From contig OX638159.1 of assembly GCA_951804945.1 (NCBI GenBank), positions 65,906,001 to 65,970,000 on the forward strand: a stretch of DNA of 64,000 nt. Direction: 5' to 3'. This DNA comes from Podarcis cretensis. Its lineage: Eukaryota. Below, piece after piece: positions 1 through 64,000 of this stretch. Each line of letters begins with the position of its first letter. Position 1 is the first letter of the stretch. The notes under the pieces are model-generated. The model did not search any database and was not told the origin of the DNA. It saw only the letters and a list, made by a program, of their open reading frames with translations. The position numbers were made by a program, and so were the translations under genes.

Positions 1-30
1 CAGAAGGCCCTGCTGTTTCTGGAGGAGAAG

Positions 31-61181
<61,151 letters not shown>

Positions 61182-63955
61182 GTAATCCTCTTCCCTCGCT
61201 CCTTTGCCCCAAGGAGGTCAAGAGAAGAGGCAGCAACTGTCCAAGTCACAACTCAAAGAGCCTCCTGGCCAGGTGGGGGGTTGAGCCCTGATCTCTCCCA
61301 GGTCCTGGTCTGACACTCTAACCACTAGGTCACACTGCCTCTCCTGCCTTTTGCCAATCTTGGCTGCTCTCATTGCTCTTTGCAGTTGTCCCCTTCCTTC
61401 ACCCCCCCCAACAGCCCCCAAGTGAACAGCGAACAGAGGTGGTACATTTTTAAGTGTAAGCAAAAGAGCTGAATGGCTGGGGGGGGGGGGGAGAAGGAGG
61501 GGGTCTGAACCAGCCCAGGGGCGTTTGAGCCAGATGGCAAGGAAGGAGCAGGTCTGAGCGTGAGGAGAGGGGGTTCCAGAAGGAGCCGCGTTCAGGCACA
61601 GCCAGGGAGGTGGGACCTTCCTTGCCCCGGATGCTTCCTCCTCCAGCCTGTTCCCACCTGGGCTGCCCTGAGTCTGCTTCTGCCCATGCAGAGGGGCAGC
61701 AGAAGAGCCGGAGAGCCAGCTTGGAGGCTGGGCTTCTTTAAGGCTGTGAGTGATCAGCGCTCCTGCTGCTGCTTCTGCGTGGGCTTGTGTGGGTTGCCGA
61801 AACAGAAGGAGAAGCCCTGCCCGCCTTTGTACGCTTATCGCATGCCCTGCCGCGAAGAGGTTTAAGCGGAGCTGTGAAAATGGCTGGGTCAGGCTGTCTG
61901 CGGGGCAGGCCCAGCGGCAGGCGGCAACCAGCCTTTTCAGAAAGAAAGAAGGAAGCGAGACAAGCGGGGGGGGGGGGGCTGGCTGGCTGCAGAAACCCTT
62001 TGAAGCTCCCAGGAAGGGGAGGAAAATGGCCCACCAGCCTCTTCTCTGCACAAAGGCCACCCCCCACTCCACGGAACAGAATGGACCCAGAGAGAAACGG
62101 GTCCCAATTGCCATGGGCAATGGCAGCAAGTCCCATATTGTGTTCCTCCAAGGAGCCACCCGTTGCCTTCTTGAGTGCAGTGCCAAGGAAAGCCCTCACC
62201 CCACTGGTGCAGGGGCTGGAGAGTTGCATGGGGCAGCCAAGACACCTTTCTTTGTGCACCATTCTTTGAAATCTTTCCTCTCTCTTGCCTGGCATGGGAA
62301 GGGCAATTTTCGCCCAGCCTTGTAGCAGCCGTTAACAGGAACAAACAGGAACATTTTGCAAAGCCCGTTTTCAGCAGCCCTGTGTCCACGCTGTGCCTGC
62401 AGGGAAAGCTTTAAGGGTGATAAGGGAATGGTGCTGCCGCCTGGCCAGAGACCTCTTCCCTCCGGAGGGCAGGGGAGCCTGGCTTGGGTGTGCCTGGTGC
62501 TTCTTGGCACAGTCCCAGGAGCAGCCAGGAGCTGGCAGCCGCAGTCGTCAGGAGACGGCTCAGCCAATCGACTCTGGTGCTGTGGAAACTGAGGGATGTC
62601 TCCATGCTTGGAGGCCAGAAGCCTGTCAGACTCTGGGTCAGGGGCCGTGGCTGCCAGCTCCCTAGAGCCTGGTGAAATCTTGCGCCCTGGGAAGCACAAC
62701 TGGCCTGCGGGTGAATGGAAGGCACACATGTCTTTCTGTGGTGCGTTTGCCACGGCGGGAAGAGCTGAGCTGTCCCTCAAGGTCTGCAGTCAGCGATGGT
62801 GGCCAAGGGTGGGGGGGGGTTTGCCCTGATCCGCAGGCCCAAAGGAGGAGGGCCTGCACAAGTGGTTTGGTGCAGGGATACCAGAGGAGGTCAAAAACAC
62901 CAGAGGGATCCATTCTAGCTCTTTATTAGAAGAACAGGCCAATGTACAACACCGACTGCAGAGCCACACTCGGCACAGACCCTGAAGAGGCAAGCGGTCA
63001 CCACGACTTGTCGGCACCCGGGAAAGCATTTAGGCATCACGTCTTATACAAAAACAGACTATGTAATCTGGCCCAAGGAGCCCAGTTAACTTGCCCCCGG
63101 CTTGGAGGCCCCTTCCCAGCTCTCCTCCATCTCTAAGACCAGGGAGTGTGAGAAGCCTTGCATCTCCCCACCAGCGGAACCAAAACTCAGGCTTCCAATC
63201 TTCGAAGCAGGTGAACATAAGCGAGCTCATTCTTGCAGCAAATGACAATCAGCCCCAGGGTTATCCGGACTACCAAGGTGGTGTTTGCAGGCCTTCCGGA
63301 ACATGGTCACCAGTTTGGTTCCACACAGGGTTCCTTCGTGCCTCTGCCCGGCGAGATATTTCTGTTTCTGCAAGAGCTGGCTTCCCAGCTGGCTCTTTGC
63401 TGCTCCCAGTTTGATTCTAGGCCGAGGTTGGAGGGGTACATGTGCATGTTCCCTCATATGCGCCTGGCCACAGGGTGTGGGGAGGGAGGGAGGGAGGGAG
63501 GGGTTTCTGGTGCAAAGGGGCCTGGAAACACTAAAGCAGAGTGCTGTCAACTGGCCCTTTCCCCACGAGCGCAGCAGACGGGTGGGGAGGAGCTTTCTTT
63601 GCTTGGGTCTTGGGTCTTGGTGCTGGAGGAAGAGCCTCGCTTCCCCTGGGGACCTCAAGGGGCCGCCATGACCAAGCCAGCACAACATCCCCAAGGCTGG
63701 CTAGTGGCAAGGGCTTCGGAGCCGAGGGGCGATGGTGAGCCGATCAGGGCAGCTTCTACTGGCTTGGAAGGGAAGTTTTCCTCTCCTTTTTTGTTTCTGC
63801 TGGAACCTTTGTGCAGAAAATACCCCCAAGTCTGACCATACCAGCCTTGTATCTGATCCTTCCAGCTGAGCCCTGGGTCTCCCTTAGGAGTGAGGGGCTT
63901 TAGTGGAAGGAGGAGTATGCAGGTAGCCTCTCAGCCAGGGGTGAGGACCCTCTAG

Positions 63956-64000
63956 CAGGGGTGTCCAAACTTTTTAAAAGAGGCCAGATTTGATGAGGTG
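63956..64000. mobile_element. Left end of a hAT(Charlie)-type element, cut by the window edge
   Basis: CAGGGGTGTCCAAACTTTT terminus. Confidence 0.55.

Noticed and set aside
61218-62325. 322-aa and other overlapping ORFs
   Set aside because: No domain signal; GC-rich intronic sequence.
63191-63210. 20-nt exon that could restore frame after the 70-nt candidate
   Set aside because: No polypyrimidine tract before the AG; probably coincidental.

Overview
Vertebrate genomic DNA, most likely from a lacertid lizard (inferred from a young Sauria SINE and squamate-type CR1/L2/MITE repeats). The whole window lies within one + strand gene, UNC13B (Munc13-2, synaptic vesicle priming). I traced 26 coding exons with GT-AG boundaries and consistent phases, giving 5151 nt / 1717 codons. 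They run from the giant brain-isoform (bMunc13-2) N-terminal exon (31-2365) through 23-nt, 47-nt and 6-nt small exons, the C1 and C2B domains and most of the MUN domain. The gene continues past the 3' edge and probably past the 5' edge. Introns hold a Sauria SINE, L2/CR1/L1 fragments, hAT, Tc1/mariner and Harbinger-like MITEs, a solo LTR and microsatellites. Main leads: (1) the bMunc13-2 exon encodes a coiled coil followed by a domain with the motif pattern of a LINE ORF1p RRM, suggesting an ancient domesticated retrotransposon ORF1; (2) a candidate in-frame 186-nt hexamer-repeat exon (E/K/Q/N/D-rich) in the MUN region; (3) microexon frame logic and a possible intronic-polyA standalone N-terminal isoform. 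All homology calls come from recalled sequences, not database searches.
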